A DNA stretch of 64,000 bases from an uncultured Actinomycetota bacterium (GCA_963753435.1 CAVWCF010000001.1:928001-992000), one strand, 5' to 3'; counted from the stretch's first letter, positions 19,391 through 28,754 are shown. Notes: generated by a model from the sequence alone, not told the origin. A program made the numbers and translations.

Positions 19391-20155
19391 ATGGCCCAGA
19401 CCGTCGGCGAAAACGTTCGGCGCAGGTACGTGACGGCGATGCGGCACTTCCGCGACGCCGCTGAACGGACTGGTGTGCTTGAGCGACTGGACCGCGGCGG
19501 GCGCGGGGCAAAGCACGTTCGCAGCTTGTTCGCCATCCACGACGTGGCAGCAATGGTGGACTTGGACCTGCCCTGGTGGACCTATCGGGCCACCGCATTC
19601 GTCGAACGTTGGCTACAGGGTCGCAACGAGGCTCGGGTCTTCGAGTACGGATCCGGCGCCAGCACCGTCTGGCTGGCGCGACGGGCCCCCACTGTGTACT
19701 CGGTCGAGCACGATGCCGGGTTCGCGTCCGTGTTGCGGCCACTGCTGCCCGACCCGAGCGTGCTGATCCAGTGCGAGGCGCGCGCCGACCCAACCCCGCA
19801 GGTGCCGTCGCGGAAAGAGCCGAACCGGGAATTCTTCGAGTACGTCCACGCCATCGACGAGGTATCCGGGGACTTCGACTTGGTCGTCGTTGACGGGCGC
19901 GCCCGCATCGCCTGCGTCCAGATGGCGATGGGCCGCCTCAAGCCCGGTGGTCTGATCCTGCTCGACGACTCCTGGCGGCGGGAGTATCGAGAAGGCTTGG
20001 CACGACTGCCGCTGCAGGCACACCACCTGCCGGGCGCGGCACCGTGCCTCCCCTATCCCAGCGTCACGGCACTGCTGACCGCTGACTCAGCGCGGCCGGG
20101 AGCGCACGACCAGGTCGGCCAGCAGCGCCAAGGACCCGATGATGAGCGCCGATAG
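19391..20155 (+). CDS. Class I SAM-dependent methyltransferase (polysaccharide/small-molecule O-methyltransferase-like)
   Basis: PWWTY, VFEYGSGASTVWL, YSVEHD, FDLVVVDGRAR, LKPGGLILLDDS; the 3' end overlaps the convergent GT2 by 69 bp. Confidence 0.82.
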   Translation: MAQTVGENVRRRYVTAMRHFRDAAERTGVLERLDRGGRGAKHVRSLFAIHDVAAMVDLDLPWWTYRATAFVERWLQGRNEARVFEYGSGASTVWLARRAPTVYSVEHDAGFASVLRPLLPDPSVLIQCEARADPTPQVPSRKEPNREFFEYVHAIDEVSGDFDLVVVDGRARIACVQMAMGRLKPGGLILLDDSWRREYREGLARLPLQAHHLPGAAPCLPYPSVTALLTADSARPGAHDQVGQQRQGPDDERR

Positions 20156-20977
20156 GAACATCACGACAGTGTTGGCGGGCAGGTAGAACGGCTGATTGAA
20201 CTGGTCCCAGATCCCCTTGAAGGTCGCCACCGCCAGCAGCACCAGCGCGATCGGCATCAGTACCCGTAGCGGGTTGAAGTACATGATCATGCGCAAGACC
20301 TGCATGACGTAGCGATACGCGTCCTGGATCGGATGGAACTTCGAACTCCCACTCCGAGACCCGTAGTCGATCGAGATGTAGTCGATCTGCTGCTGATTTG
20401 AGAGGAACGCCAGGGTCAACGTTGTCACGCACGAGAAACCCGGCGGCAGCAGGTGCAGAAACGGCTCCGCTGTGCGCCGCCGAAAGGCCCGAAGCCCGGA
20501 GTTCAAATCGGGGATGTCCGTGTTGGTCAGGTACTCGGCGAGTCGGCGAACGAACCACTTCGCCGGCACGCGCAGCAGGCGCAACCGCCCTGCCTCCACG
20601 TTTCGATGACCAACCACCTGAGCCACATCTGGTTCGCCGAGCAGTCGCTCGACGAACTCCGGGATTCGGTCATTCGGATACGTCATGTCGGCGTCAGTCC
20701 AGACGACGATGTCCGAGCGCGCCTCTTGCGTGCCGATGCGTCGAGCGGTCCCGGAACCGCCATTCCGCGGAAAGGCGATGACTCGCACGGCCGGATGCCG
20801 GTCTGCCGCCTCGCGCAATCGCGCCAAGGTCGAATCGGTGGACTTGTCGTCGATCGCCAGCAACTCATACGAGTACCCACTGGCATCCATCGCCGCACAG
20901 ATTCGGTCGACCTCGGCGACCACGTGGCCTTCTTCGTTGAAGCACGGCAGGACGACTGTCACAAGCGGATCAGTCAC
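20087..20977 (-). CDS. GT2 polyprenol-phosphate glycosyltransferase (Dpm1/GtrB-like) with two C-terminal TM helices
   Basis: VVLPCFNEE, IDDKSTD, NGGSG, WTDADMTYP, DLNSGLRAFRR, RSGSSKF. Confidence 0.85.
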   Translation of the reverse strand: MTDPLVTVVLPCFNEEGHVVAEVDRICAAMDASGYSYELLAIDDKSTDSTLARLREAADRHPAVRVIAFPRNGGSGTARRIGTQEARSDIVVWTDADMTYPNDRIPEFVERLLGEPDVAQVVGHRNVEAGRLRLLRVPAKWFVRRLAEYLTNTDIPDLNSGLRAFRRRTAEPFLHLLPPGFSCVTTLTLAFLSNQQQIDYISIDYGSRSGSSKFHPIQDAYRYVMQVLRMIMYFNPLRVLMPIALVLLAVATFKGIWDQFNQPFYLPANTVVMFLSALIIGSLALLADLVVRSRPR

Positions 20978-21008
20978 GGCTGAATCGGTCCCCTCCAGTT
21001 GGCCTACG

Positions 21009-22022
21009 TCAGATTCGAGACCCAGGTTCGGGCCGCGAATCCGCGGCGACCGTTTCGTCGTCGCCAACAGTGACACGTTCCAGGCTGGCCCCGGCGCCGA
21101 CGCGCGCGCGTTGGCCGATCGCACTGTCCAGCACGACAGCTTCGGCGCAGATGTGTGCGCCGTCGCGAAGCACCGAACCGCGGACGACAGCTCCCGATTC
21201 CACGACGGCATCCGCGCCGATGGTGCTGCCTCCCGTCACCACCGCCCCTGGTTCAACGACTGCGCCGGGTAGCAGGAGCGCGTCCCCCGGCGGCTGGGGC
21301 AGCGCGGGCGTGGGCAGAACTCCGGCTACGACATCCCGACAGCCGCGCACATAGTCCGCTGGGGTGCCCAGATCCAACCAGTCCGCCTCGTCGAGATAGC
21401 CCTGCAAGTGCTGCTCCGCGGCAAGTAAGCCCGGAAACGTCTCGCGCTCCACGGACACCACTCGGCCATGTGGAATCCGGGCGAGGACTGCTGCGGAGAG
21501 CACGTAGCAGCCCGCATTGATCTGGTCAGTAACCGGATCGGGATCCTTCTCGAGGAAGGCCAGCACTCGACCCGCGGCGTCCGTCGGTACGCAGCCGAAC
21601 GCGCGCGGATCCGCGACGCGAACCAGGTGCAGCGTGGCGCTGGCGCCACTGGCACGGTGCACCTCCAACTGCCGAACGAGATCATGACCGGACAGCACAT
21701 CGCCGTTGAGCACCACCACGTCATCGGTGCCACTCAGCTCATCTGCAGCATGGCGAATGGCGCCGCCGGTGCCGAGCGGCTCCGACTCGACCGCATAGGA
21801 CAACTGCAAGCCGAAAGCGCTGCCATCACCGAGAGTGCGAAAAGTCTCGGCCCGGTAGGAGGTGGCGAGCACGATCCGCCGTACACCGGCGGCGGCCAGC
21901 TTGCGAATCTGGTGTTCGACCAGAGGCACGCCGGCTACCGGGAGCATCGGCTTCGGCGTGTTGTTGGTCAACGGCCGCAGTCTGGTTCCTTGACCGCCAA
22001 CGAGGATGATCGCCTCAGTCAC
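21009..22022 (-). CDS. manC: NDP-sugar pyrophosphorylase (mannose-1-phosphate guanylyltransferase type)
   Basis: AIILVGGQGTRLRPLT..PKPMLP, EPLGTGGAI, NGDV, FLEK, WLDLGTP, C-terminal hexapeptide repeats; GTG 22022 preceded by TATGGT-N6. Confidence 0.88.
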   Translation of the reverse strand: MTEAIILVGGQGTRLRPLTNNTPKPMLPVAGVPLVEHQIRKLAAAGVRRIVLATSYRAETFRTLGDGSAFGLQLSYAVESEPLGTGGAIRHAADELSGTDDVVVLNGDVLSGHDLVRQLEVHRASGASATLHLVRVADPRAFGCVPTDAAGRVLAFLEKDPDPVTDQINAGCYVLSAAVLARIPHGRVVSVERETFPGLLAAEQHLQGYLDEADWLDLGTPADYVRGCRDVVAGVLPTPALPQPPGDALLLPGAVVEPGAVVTGGSTIGADAVVESGAVVRGSVLRDGAHICAEAVVLDSAIGQRARVGAGASLERVTVGDDETVAADSRPEPGSRI

Positions 22023-22028
22023 GCCCGG

Positions 22029-22038
22029 ACCATAGTCT
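22029..22038. promoter_or_regulatory. Overlapping divergent -10 hexamers for manC and TIGR03089
   Basis: accatagtct gives TATGGT on minus and TAGTCT on plus, each 6 nt from a start codon; only 22 bp separate the two starts. Confidence 0.6.
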
Positions 22039-22044
22039 GCGTGG

Positions 22045-22728
22045 ATGCCGACACTGCTGGATGCGCTGGACGATCTCGTCTCGGCCGACGCAGCCAGGCC
22101 GCTGTTGACCTGGTACCGCGACGGGGCCCGGGTGGAACTGTCGGGGGCCACCGTGGCCAACTGGGTCGCCAAGACGGCGGGGCTACTGGAGAACGAGCTA
22201 CTCATCGGGCCCGGCTGCACGGTTCGGGTTCTTCCGGGACAGCACTGGCTGTCGCTGGTGGTCCCGCTTGCTGTTTGGCGCGTAGGCGCCGCCCTCGTCG
22301 ATGCTGGGCCGGCGGACCTGTTGGTGTCCGAACAAGTGGACGAGGACATCGATGCCGCGGAGTTCCTGATGCTGCCCAGCGACCCGTTCGGTCTGTCCCG
22401 CGCCGCGGTACCGCCCCCGTGGCAACTCTTCAGCGAGTTGGTTCAGGCCCAACCCGATCGCTACACCGCGCCACTACCCGGCGGTCCGCAGTTGGCGATC
22501 GCGTCCGCGCCCCAGTTGACTCACGAGCAGCTGATCGACCGGGCCCACGCCGACGCGGCGGCCGTTTCGCTGCCGAGCGAAGGCCGGTTGCTGCTGGTCA
22601 CCACAACCAAGTCCGCAGACCCCCTGCGGCTCTGGTGCGCAACCATCTCGGTGTCCGGCTCGATGATCCTCGCCGCGGAGTTGACCGAAGGGCTCGCGGC
22701 TGAGAAGGCCGACGTAACGATCAGTTGA
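22045..22728 (+). CDS. TIGR03089 family protein (truncated adenylate-forming-like domain)
   Basis: RPLLTWY..GARVELSGATVANWVAKTAGLL, HW, VQAQPDRY; the family is normally found next to manC/LCP genes. Confidence 0.85.
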   Translation: MPTLLDALDDLVSADAARPLLTWYRDGARVELSGATVANWVAKTAGLLENELLIGPGCTVRVLPGQHWLSLVVPLAVWRVGAALVDAGPADLLVSEQVDEDIDAAEFLMLPSDPFGLSRAAVPPPWQLFSELVQAQPDRYTAPLPGGPQLAIASAPQLTHEQLIDRAHADAAAVSLPSEGRLLLVTTTKSADPLRLWCATISVSGSMILAAELTEGLAAEKADVTIS

Positions 22729-24220
22729 CGTGGGTGGCGGCCTGCCGAGCCACCGCGTCCGGCACGGCAGCGGGACCACCGACGATCGTGATCAGGTCAA
22801 CGGTCGGAGTCGCGTCCAACCATGCGCCAACAGCGGCGGAGAGCACGGATGTGCCCGTCAACAGCACCGGCTGACCAAGAGCGCCACCCGGCAGCGCATC
22901 CACCACGTTCGCGGATGCCGCTGAGGCCAGAACCACTTCTTCGGCGTCGTCGCGGAACCGATCCGCCACCGCAACCGACAGGCCCGGCAGGTCTGCGACG
23001 TGGATCCGTTCTCCACCTGGCAGCGACGCGACCACGCCGTCGGTCAGTGGCGAAGCGAAGGAGACCGCAAAAGCCTGCGACACGCCGATCTGGGCCATCG
23101 CTTGAGCAGTGGTGGCCGGGACGTAGTCCGCTCGGGTCAGCAGGATCGGGGCCCTAATTGCCGCTGCCACCCCGCCGACCATCAGCGAAGTCGGGAGTTG
23201 GCTGTCCCAGAAGGGCGTGACGAATGCCTGGGGGGCTCCCCCGTTGATCTGGGCCAGTTCGCGGGCGATCTGCTCGGCGGTGACGAACCGATCCGCGCCG
23301 GCCAGTCGGGTCACGGCGATCCCCTCGCTCACCAGTTGGGCCTCGACGGCGGCGCCAACGGCGGCCGGACCCCCAAGCACGTAGGCCTGGTTGGCGGAGC
23401 GCCGTCGTAGTTCGGTGAGTGTCGCCGCGGGGATGCTGTCACCGCGGACGAGCAGCACGGGTGCGTCCGCCGAGGCCGCCAGCGGCGCTCCTACCAGCCC
23501 GTCGACCAAATGCCCCTGCTCTCCGGACGCGATGACGACAGTTCGCTGGTTGGGCCTGGTCTCCTTGGCGATCGCAGCCGCAGTCGCGTACCGGTCCGAA
23601 CCCCAAAGGCGGCGCACGTTGCAGCCGTCGGCACCGGGCAGGCAGCCACCGCCCGTGAAGAAGCTGGTCTCCCCCCGGGCTCCGGGCCAGGAGAACGAGA
23701 TGTGGATGTGATCGGTGTGTGGGCTCGAACCGGTGTAGGTGCGCCAAGGCTTGGCCGGGTCGGAGTCGTAGGCGCGCCACATGCGACCGTTCCAAATGAC
23801 ATACATGACGCCCATCCGCCGCGCCATCGCATGTTGGTTTCCGTGTGCGTCTGTGGCCAACAGCCAAGCCAGGAAGTCCTCAGCGACGGCCCGTTGGGCG
23901 GAGTTGCCGGCGTTCAGCATCCAGTCGAGCGCGCGACCCTCTTCATGGCCACTCGTGGTCGCGGAACTGCAGGACCGCAGCGTCCCGTAGCTGGTGTAGG
24001 TCGGATACGCCGTACGCAACAAGCTGATCGTCGCCGTGACGCCAGGCTGCACCGTGCTGGAGCACCCGGTTCCCTCGGTGGAGTCCCAGCCGGAGTACCC
24101 CTCAATCCACGGACCGAAGTCAGTCGTCACCACCGGTGCTGCCGTAGCCGGCACCGAAGGCAGGAGGAGGCCCGTCGCTGCGAGCGCAACCGCTAGGGCG
24201 ACGCGGATCAACGAGGGCAT
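22721..24220 (-). CDS. Secreted LAS-type (H-x6-D / H-x-H) peptidoglycan metallopeptidase with C-terminal CWB2 repeats
   Basis: Signal peptide (ATA-AP); SGHEEGRALDW, YVIWNGRMW, HTDHIHISF; then RLWGSDRYATA..APVLL, RLAGADRFVTA..APILL and a degenerate third repeat (QPVLL, IVGGPAAV). Confidence 0.75.
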   Translation of the reverse strand: MPSLIRVALAVALAATGLLLPSVPATAAPVVTTDFGPWIEGYSGWDSTEGTGCSSTVQPGVTATISLLRTAYPTYTSYGTLRSCSSATTSGHEEGRALDWMLNAGNSAQRAVAEDFLAWLLATDAHGNQHAMARRMGVMYVIWNGRMWRAYDSDPAKPWRTYTGSSPHTDHIHISFSWPGARGETSFFTGGGCLPGADGCNVRRLWGSDRYATAAAIAKETRPNQRTVVIASGEQGHLVDGLVGAPLAASADAPVLLVRGDSIPAATLTELRRRSANQAYVLGGPAAVGAAVEAQLVSEGIAVTRLAGADRFVTAEQIARELAQINGGAPQAFVTPFWDSQLPTSLMVGGVAAAIRAPILLTRADYVPATTAQAMAQIGVSQAFAVSFASPLTDGVVASLPGGERIHVADLPGLSVAVADRFRDDAEEVVLASAASANVVDALPGGALGQPVLLTGTSVLSAAVGAWLDATPTVDLITIVGGPAAVPDAVARQAATHVN

Positions 24221-24244
24221 AACGCTGTCAGTCGGCACCGGTCC

Positions 24245-24264
24245 ATGGGCACTTGAGCGCCCAT
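24245..24264 (-). terminator. 8-bp hairpin immediately after the SpoIID-gene stop (possible terminator or processing site)
   Basis: Minus ATGGGCGC-TCAA-GTGCCCAT (one G-U pair); no U-tract. Confidence 0.3.
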
Positions 24265-26375
24265 TAGGCGCGCATCGCCGCCAGCAGGGCCGCATCTGAG
24301 ACGGGAGCCTTGGCGCCTACGGCCACGACCTCCTGGACTCCCGGCGTCGTCTGCAACCACACCGAGGCCGCCCCCGGCAGACCACCGGGCTGAGTCAGCA
24401 GCACCAGTCGTCCCCACGCCCCCGCGGGAAGGGCGTCCACCAGGTGGGCGTCGACACCGGCAGCCAGCAACACCGGGGTCGTCGGAACAACGGAACGGAA
24501 CGCGCGGGCCACTTCCGAGGCGGTCTCAAACCGGTTCGCGCCGTTGGCCCGCCACGCCTTCGGCAACTGCGCCGCCACTGCAGTTCCGACCTGAGCGGTT
24601 CCGCCGACGATGGTGGCCGCAACCGGGCGGATCACATCCAAGACCTGACGCGTCGGCGTCGGAACCCCGTCGCGCGTTACCAACAGGATGGGACGACCGG
24701 AGCCAGCAGCCGCGCCGCCGGCCCCCAGCGCATCCGCCAAGGCCGTGCCGTTGACAACAAGTACCGGTCGGCCCTCGGGCACGCCCATCGCCCGAGCCAC
24801 TGCCGCAGCGGTCTCGTACCGATCGGCACCGGCCAACCGCACCACCTTGGTGACGCCAGCCGCGGTAAGCCCGGCCACCACGGCATCGCTCAGTGCGCCG
24901 GTGCTCCCGATGACATAGGCGGTGCGCGCCCCGCGCCGCTTGAGCTCGGACACTGTGACCGACGGCAAACCGCCCGCACGGGCCAGCAGCAGCGGCGCGC
25001 CTAGAGATTTCGCCAATGGCGCCGCGACCATGCCGTCGACCAGGTGCTCGGTCTCCCCGGAGGCGATGACCACCGTGGCTCCGGTGGGTACAGCCGCCTT
25101 GGCAACAGCCACCGCGGTGGCGTACCGGTCCGCCCCGGCGACCCGGTCGCCCTGGCGCAACACCCACGTGGAGGGCAGCCCCAATGATGTGCGCAGCTTC
25201 TCGCCGGTGATGCTCGCCGCCTTGCCGCTGGCCGACCATGCGGTCGCCCTCTTGACTCCGCCGCCGACGGTTCGGACGGACAGGTCCAGCCGGACTACAT
25301 CCGGCAGTCCGAACGCGGCCGCCATCTTGGCCTGGCTGATTGATCGCGACCAGGCCCGGTATGGGTTGGATGACTCGGTTGCCCCAGGGTCTGCGACGCT
25401 GCGCAGGTAGGGCAACGCCGAGGACCAGACCTCTTCACTGTTCTGGGTGCGGCCGCCGCTGGAGGAGTAGTAGTAGGCGCTCACCGGCTTGCCGCCGTAG
25501 GCCACCACCTTGCCGGTAGTCGACCCCGTTGACGTGGCGTTCACCGCCGCGGTCCAAGCGCTGCCGTACGAGCCCGATTGCTTTGACCACCCGACGTAGA
25601 CCTGGTCACTCGTCCCGTCGTAAAGGTGACAAGCGCAGGCCGAGCGGACGCCGGCGTTGTACTTGAGCACTGCGAAGGAACGCGCTGCGATCACCTGAGC
25701 CTGCAGAGCTGCGGCCGGCCAGGAGGAGGGCATCTCACCCAATCCGTACAGGTACTCGTCGCCGAGACGGAGGTTCACGACCACCTCGAGCTTGCCGCCA
25801 ACCACCTGCGCGGTGACGAACCCATGGCGATACGTCGTGCCGTTGACGCTAATCAAGCTGGCGATGTCGCCGGTCGAGCCCGGGTAGCGGGTGCCGCCCC
25901 AGAGGAAGGTCACCTTGGCGCCGCTGCGGACCGTGCCGCCGTTGCGCTTGAGGACGACCGAGGAACCGCTAGGAGCGATCGTCCACGTGTCAGCGGCCGC
26001 CCCGACCATCCCCCAGGTGCCATCAACGCCCACGTGGATCTTGCCGCCGCCACTGGCCAGCGGTACCCCCTTGAGGGTCGCGGCCGAGGCCGCATGCAGG
26101 ACGTTCACCCGCACAGTCATGTCGTCGCGCGCGGGCGCAGCGACAGCGCCGGTGTAGTAGTGGGCGACGATCTGGTCGGCGGACTTGCCAGCGGCAGCGA
26201 ACGCCTTTGCCCCGTACTGCGACATGCCGACGCCGTGGCCGAAACCGGAGCCGTAGAGCGTGAATGTCGAAGGGGCACTGCCCGCTTGTGCGGCGGGAAC
26301 CAGGAGTCCGGTGACCGACAGCGCCGTAACCGCCGCCAGCGCCCAGCCGGCCTTGATCGCGCGCGAGCCGATCAT
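24264..26375 (-). CDS. Secreted SpoIID/LytB-domain lytic transglycosylase with three CWB2 repeats
   Basis: Signal peptide; GFGHGVGMSQYGA, YLYGLGEMPSSWPAAALQAQVIAARSFA, DQVYVG, YYSSSGGRT, PYLRSVAD; repeats GADRYATA/PLLL, GADRYETA/PILL, GANRFETA/LVLL. Confidence 0.9.
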   Translation of the reverse strand: MIGSRAIKAGWALAAVTALSVTGLLVPAAQAGSAPSTFTLYGSGFGHGVGMSQYGAKAFAAAGKSADQIVAHYYTGAVAAPARDDMTVRVNVLHAASAATLKGVPLASGGGKIHVGVDGTWGMVGAAADTWTIAPSGSSVVLKRNGGTVRSGAKVTFLWGGTRYPGSTGDIASLISVNGTTYRHGFVTAQVVGGKLEVVVNLRLGDEYLYGLGEMPSSWPAAALQAQVIAARSFAVLKYNAGVRSACACHLYDGTSDQVYVGWSKQSGSYGSAWTAAVNATSTGSTTGKVVAYGGKPVSAYYYSSSGGRTQNSEEVWSSALPYLRSVADPGATESSNPYRAWSRSISQAKMAAAFGLPDVVRLDLSVRTVGGGVKRATAWSASGKAASITGEKLRTSLGLPSTWVLRQGDRVAGADRYATAVAVAKAAVPTGATVVIASGETEHLVDGMVAAPLAKSLGAPLLLARAGGLPSVTVSELKRRGARTAYVIGSTGALSDAVVAGLTAAGVTKVVRLAGADRYETAAAVARAMGVPEGRPVLVVNGTALADALGAGGAAAGSGRPILLVTRDGVPTPTRQVLDVIRPVAATIVGGTAQVGTAVAAQLPKAWRANGANRFETASEVARAFRSVVPTTPVLLAAGVDAHLVDALPAGAWGRLVLLTQPGGLPGAASVWLQTTPGVQEVVAVGAKAPVSDAALLAAMRA

Positions 26376-28735
26376 CGCGCGCTCCGAGCAGACAGGATCA
26401 GCACGCTGTCGGACACCGCCGCGGGGCCGCCGGCAATCGTGAGACTGCGAGCCCGGTCATCCAGCCATTGCTGCGTAGCCGATGGCAGCGCAGTCGGGGT
26501 GACCAGGACGACCGATCGCCCCAGTGCCCCGGCGGCCAGCGCGTCAGCCAGGTTGGCCGTCATGCCACTGGCGACAACGGCCAAATCCGGCGCTGTTGCG
26601 AAGGAGAAACCGTTGGCGACGGCGACCGCGGTTGCATAGCGGTCCGCCCCACCGAGCCGGGCGGCCTTGGGCAACTGGGTTCGCACCGTTTCCGAGATGA
26701 CGCCAGTGCTGCCAATGACCGAAGTGGCCGTCGTGCCCAACGCGGTCAGCGCTTGCTTGGTTGCCGCTGGAACCTCGTTCTTGCGGGTCAGCAGGATGGG
26801 CCGACCGGAGGCCGCGGCCGGACCTGCTGCCGACAAGGCGTCGACCAAGGAGGCGTCCTCACCGGATGCAACCACCGCGGCCGTTCCGGTCGGCGCCAGC
26901 GCTTCGGCCACCAGGCCGGCAGTTGCGAAGCGGTCGGCTCCGGAGATCTGAGTTACCGCGGCGCCAAGCGCGCGGACCTCGTTCAAAACCGTGGCCTGCA
27001 ACGCGCCTACCACGTAGACCTTGGTGGCACCGCGGCTGAGCAGTTCCGAGCGAACTGCTGGCGGGAGCTTGTCGTTGGCCGACAGCAGGACCGGTGCACC
27101 CAACTTCTTCGCGAGTGGGGCGACCACGAGCCCGTCGACGAGATTTCGCTGTTCACCGCTGACGAGGACGACGGTCTTCGCGCTTGGCGCCGCCTCGCGT
27201 CCCAGTGCCACGGCCGTGGCCCAACGGTCGGACCCCCCGGACCGCGACGCATTCGGGCAGGCCAGGCTTGCCCCGGCACTCTTCAAGACCGTGTAGTAGT
27301 ACTGCAGCGGACGCGACGTGCTGCCGGAGCCGGAAGCTGTCAGCGTCAACCGGAACCGGCCGATGCCTGCGGACGCGCCGCTGTCGGTCTTGCCGTCCCA
27401 CGGGATCAACCACGAACCCGCCCCGGCGTCCCCCGACCAGGTGCGCACTGTGGCTCCCGCGCAGAAGTCCTCCACGCGCAGCTGCCAGGACTGCGGAATC
27501 GAGGATGTCGCGCGGATCCTGGCAACGGCCGACCCCAACACGCCCGAGCCGGAGTCGAAGCTCGGGTTGAACAGGGCGGCCCCGATCAGCGAACGGGCGG
27601 CGCTGCGAATCGCCGACAGTTGGGAGAAGAGGTAGCGCCCCGGGCAGGCAGTGGAACCCACGTCGCGATGGGCCGCAAGCACCGGGATGGTCGCCTTCTG
27701 CCCGGCGGAGTACTTCGAAGTGCCGCCACCGCTGCTGGTCAAAGTCACCGAGCCAGTGGGGTCGCGGTGGAAAAGGTCCAGTTTCCAAGCAGCCACCCGC
27801 GATATCCCCTGCACCAGACCTGAGGTCGGAGAAGCGGTATCGAGGTTGCCGAGCGCAGCAATCGCGAAGGTGTCCGTGTTGAACCCACCGGTCGCGCCAC
27901 TCTGCACGGCCTTGTCGACGCCACCGGCGCGACCCTCGTAGATGCGGCCCGCCTGGTCGACGAGGAAGTTATATGGGATGTCGGAGTAGCCACGGCTGTT
28001 AACCGAGTACGCGTAGATGGCGCGAATGTCCTTGGCGGCGTCTGCCTGCGTCCAGCCCGACTTCTGCCAGTAGCTGTTCGACGACGCGGTGTGGTGCACG
28101 AAGCCGGCCCGGATCGTCGACATGTACTTGGGGCTGCCAGAGCGAAGCGACTCGTCAGCACCCCACTGGGCCCGGGACACGAATGCCGGGGTCGTTGCGG
28201 CTGCTTGCGCGCTGCTCACCGGAGTGGGAGTTATGGCGCCGTCGGCCGGCGAGGACCCGGGATCGATCAGTTCTACGCGAAGGTCCTTGGGCAACGCCTG
28301 CCCGCCGGCGACAACACGCACCTGCACTGCGTCGGAGTCCGGAGCGAGCAGTGGCTCGGTGCCGCCTCTGGTGACCTGTTGGCCTTCCTCGCTGTTCGCA
28401 TCCGGGCTGTCGTCGGACTGGTGTAGTTCGACCCACTCACCCCATTCGCCGCCGACCCGAGTCCGCACCTCGAACTCACTGCCGACCGGCTCGCGGCCGG
28501 ACCAGGTGATCCCGACGAGCCGGAACGGCTGCTCTGCCTCATGCGTGACCGTAGGCACAGACCCCGAGTCAGCGGCGAGCGAACTGGCTCCGGACGCCGT
28601 CAAGGAGACCTGCTCCACTACCGGGCTGACCGGTCGCGGCTTGGCCACGGCTGGCGTTGCCACTGGCAGGACCAAGACGGACCCGACGATGCCCGCTGCG
28701 GTGAGTGTGCTGAGCCAAATCCGTGGGGACAACAT
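26372..28735 (-). CDS. Secreted N-acetylmuramoyl-L-alanine amidase (Amidase_2/PGRP-like) with FlgD-Ig-like domain and three CWB2 repeats
   Basis: SRAQWGADES, FVHHTAS, GYSDIPYNFLVD, YEGRAGG, AHRDVGSTACPG (His/His/Cys Zn ligands); VRTW..WDGKTDSG; repeats GSDRWATA, GADRFATA, GADRYATA. Confidence 0.88.
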   Translation of the reverse strand: MLSPRIWLSTLTAAGIVGSVLVLPVATPAVAKPRPVSPVVEQVSLTASGASSLAADSGSVPTVTHEAEQPFRLVGITWSGREPVGSEFEVRTRVGGEWGEWVELHQSDDSPDANSEEGQQVTRGGTEPLLAPDSDAVQVRVVAGGQALPKDLRVELIDPGSSPADGAITPTPVSSAQAAATTPAFVSRAQWGADESLRSGSPKYMSTIRAGFVHHTASSNSYWQKSGWTQADAAKDIRAIYAYSVNSRGYSDIPYNFLVDQAGRIYEGRAGGVDKAVQSGATGGFNTDTFAIAALGNLDTASPTSGLVQGISRVAAWKLDLFHRDPTGSVTLTSSGGGTSKYSAGQKATIPVLAAHRDVGSTACPGRYLFSQLSAIRSAARSLIGAALFNPSFDSGSGVLGSAVARIRATSSIPQSWQLRVEDFCAGATVRTWSGDAGAGSWLIPWDGKTDSGASAGIGRFRLTLTASGSGSTSRPLQYYYTVLKSAGASLACPNASRSGGSDRWATAVALGREAAPSAKTVVLVSGEQRNLVDGLVVAPLAKKLGAPVLLSANDKLPPAVRSELLSRGATKVYVVGALQATVLNEVRALGAAVTQISGADRFATAGLVAEALAPTGTAAVVASGEDASLVDALSAAGPAAASGRPILLTRKNEVPAATKQALTALGTTATSVIGSTGVISETVRTQLPKAARLGGADRYATAVAVANGFSFATAPDLAVVASGMTANLADALAAGALGRSVVLVTPTALPSATQQWLDDRARSLTIAGGPAAVSDSVLILSARSAR

Positions 28736-28754
28736 TCCTCCGTCATTCCTCCGT
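28733..28754 (-). repeat. Perfect 11-bp tandem repeat (ACGGAGGAATG)2 spanning the amidase RBS and start
   Basis: Plus strand cattcctccgt cattcctccgt. Confidence 0.85.

Noticed and set aside
22721-27260. Recurring GADRY-type DNA similarity as a possible CRISPR or tandem array
   Set aside because: These are degenerate protein-coding CWB2 repeats about 300 bp apart, not identical repeat-spacer units, and no cas genes are present.
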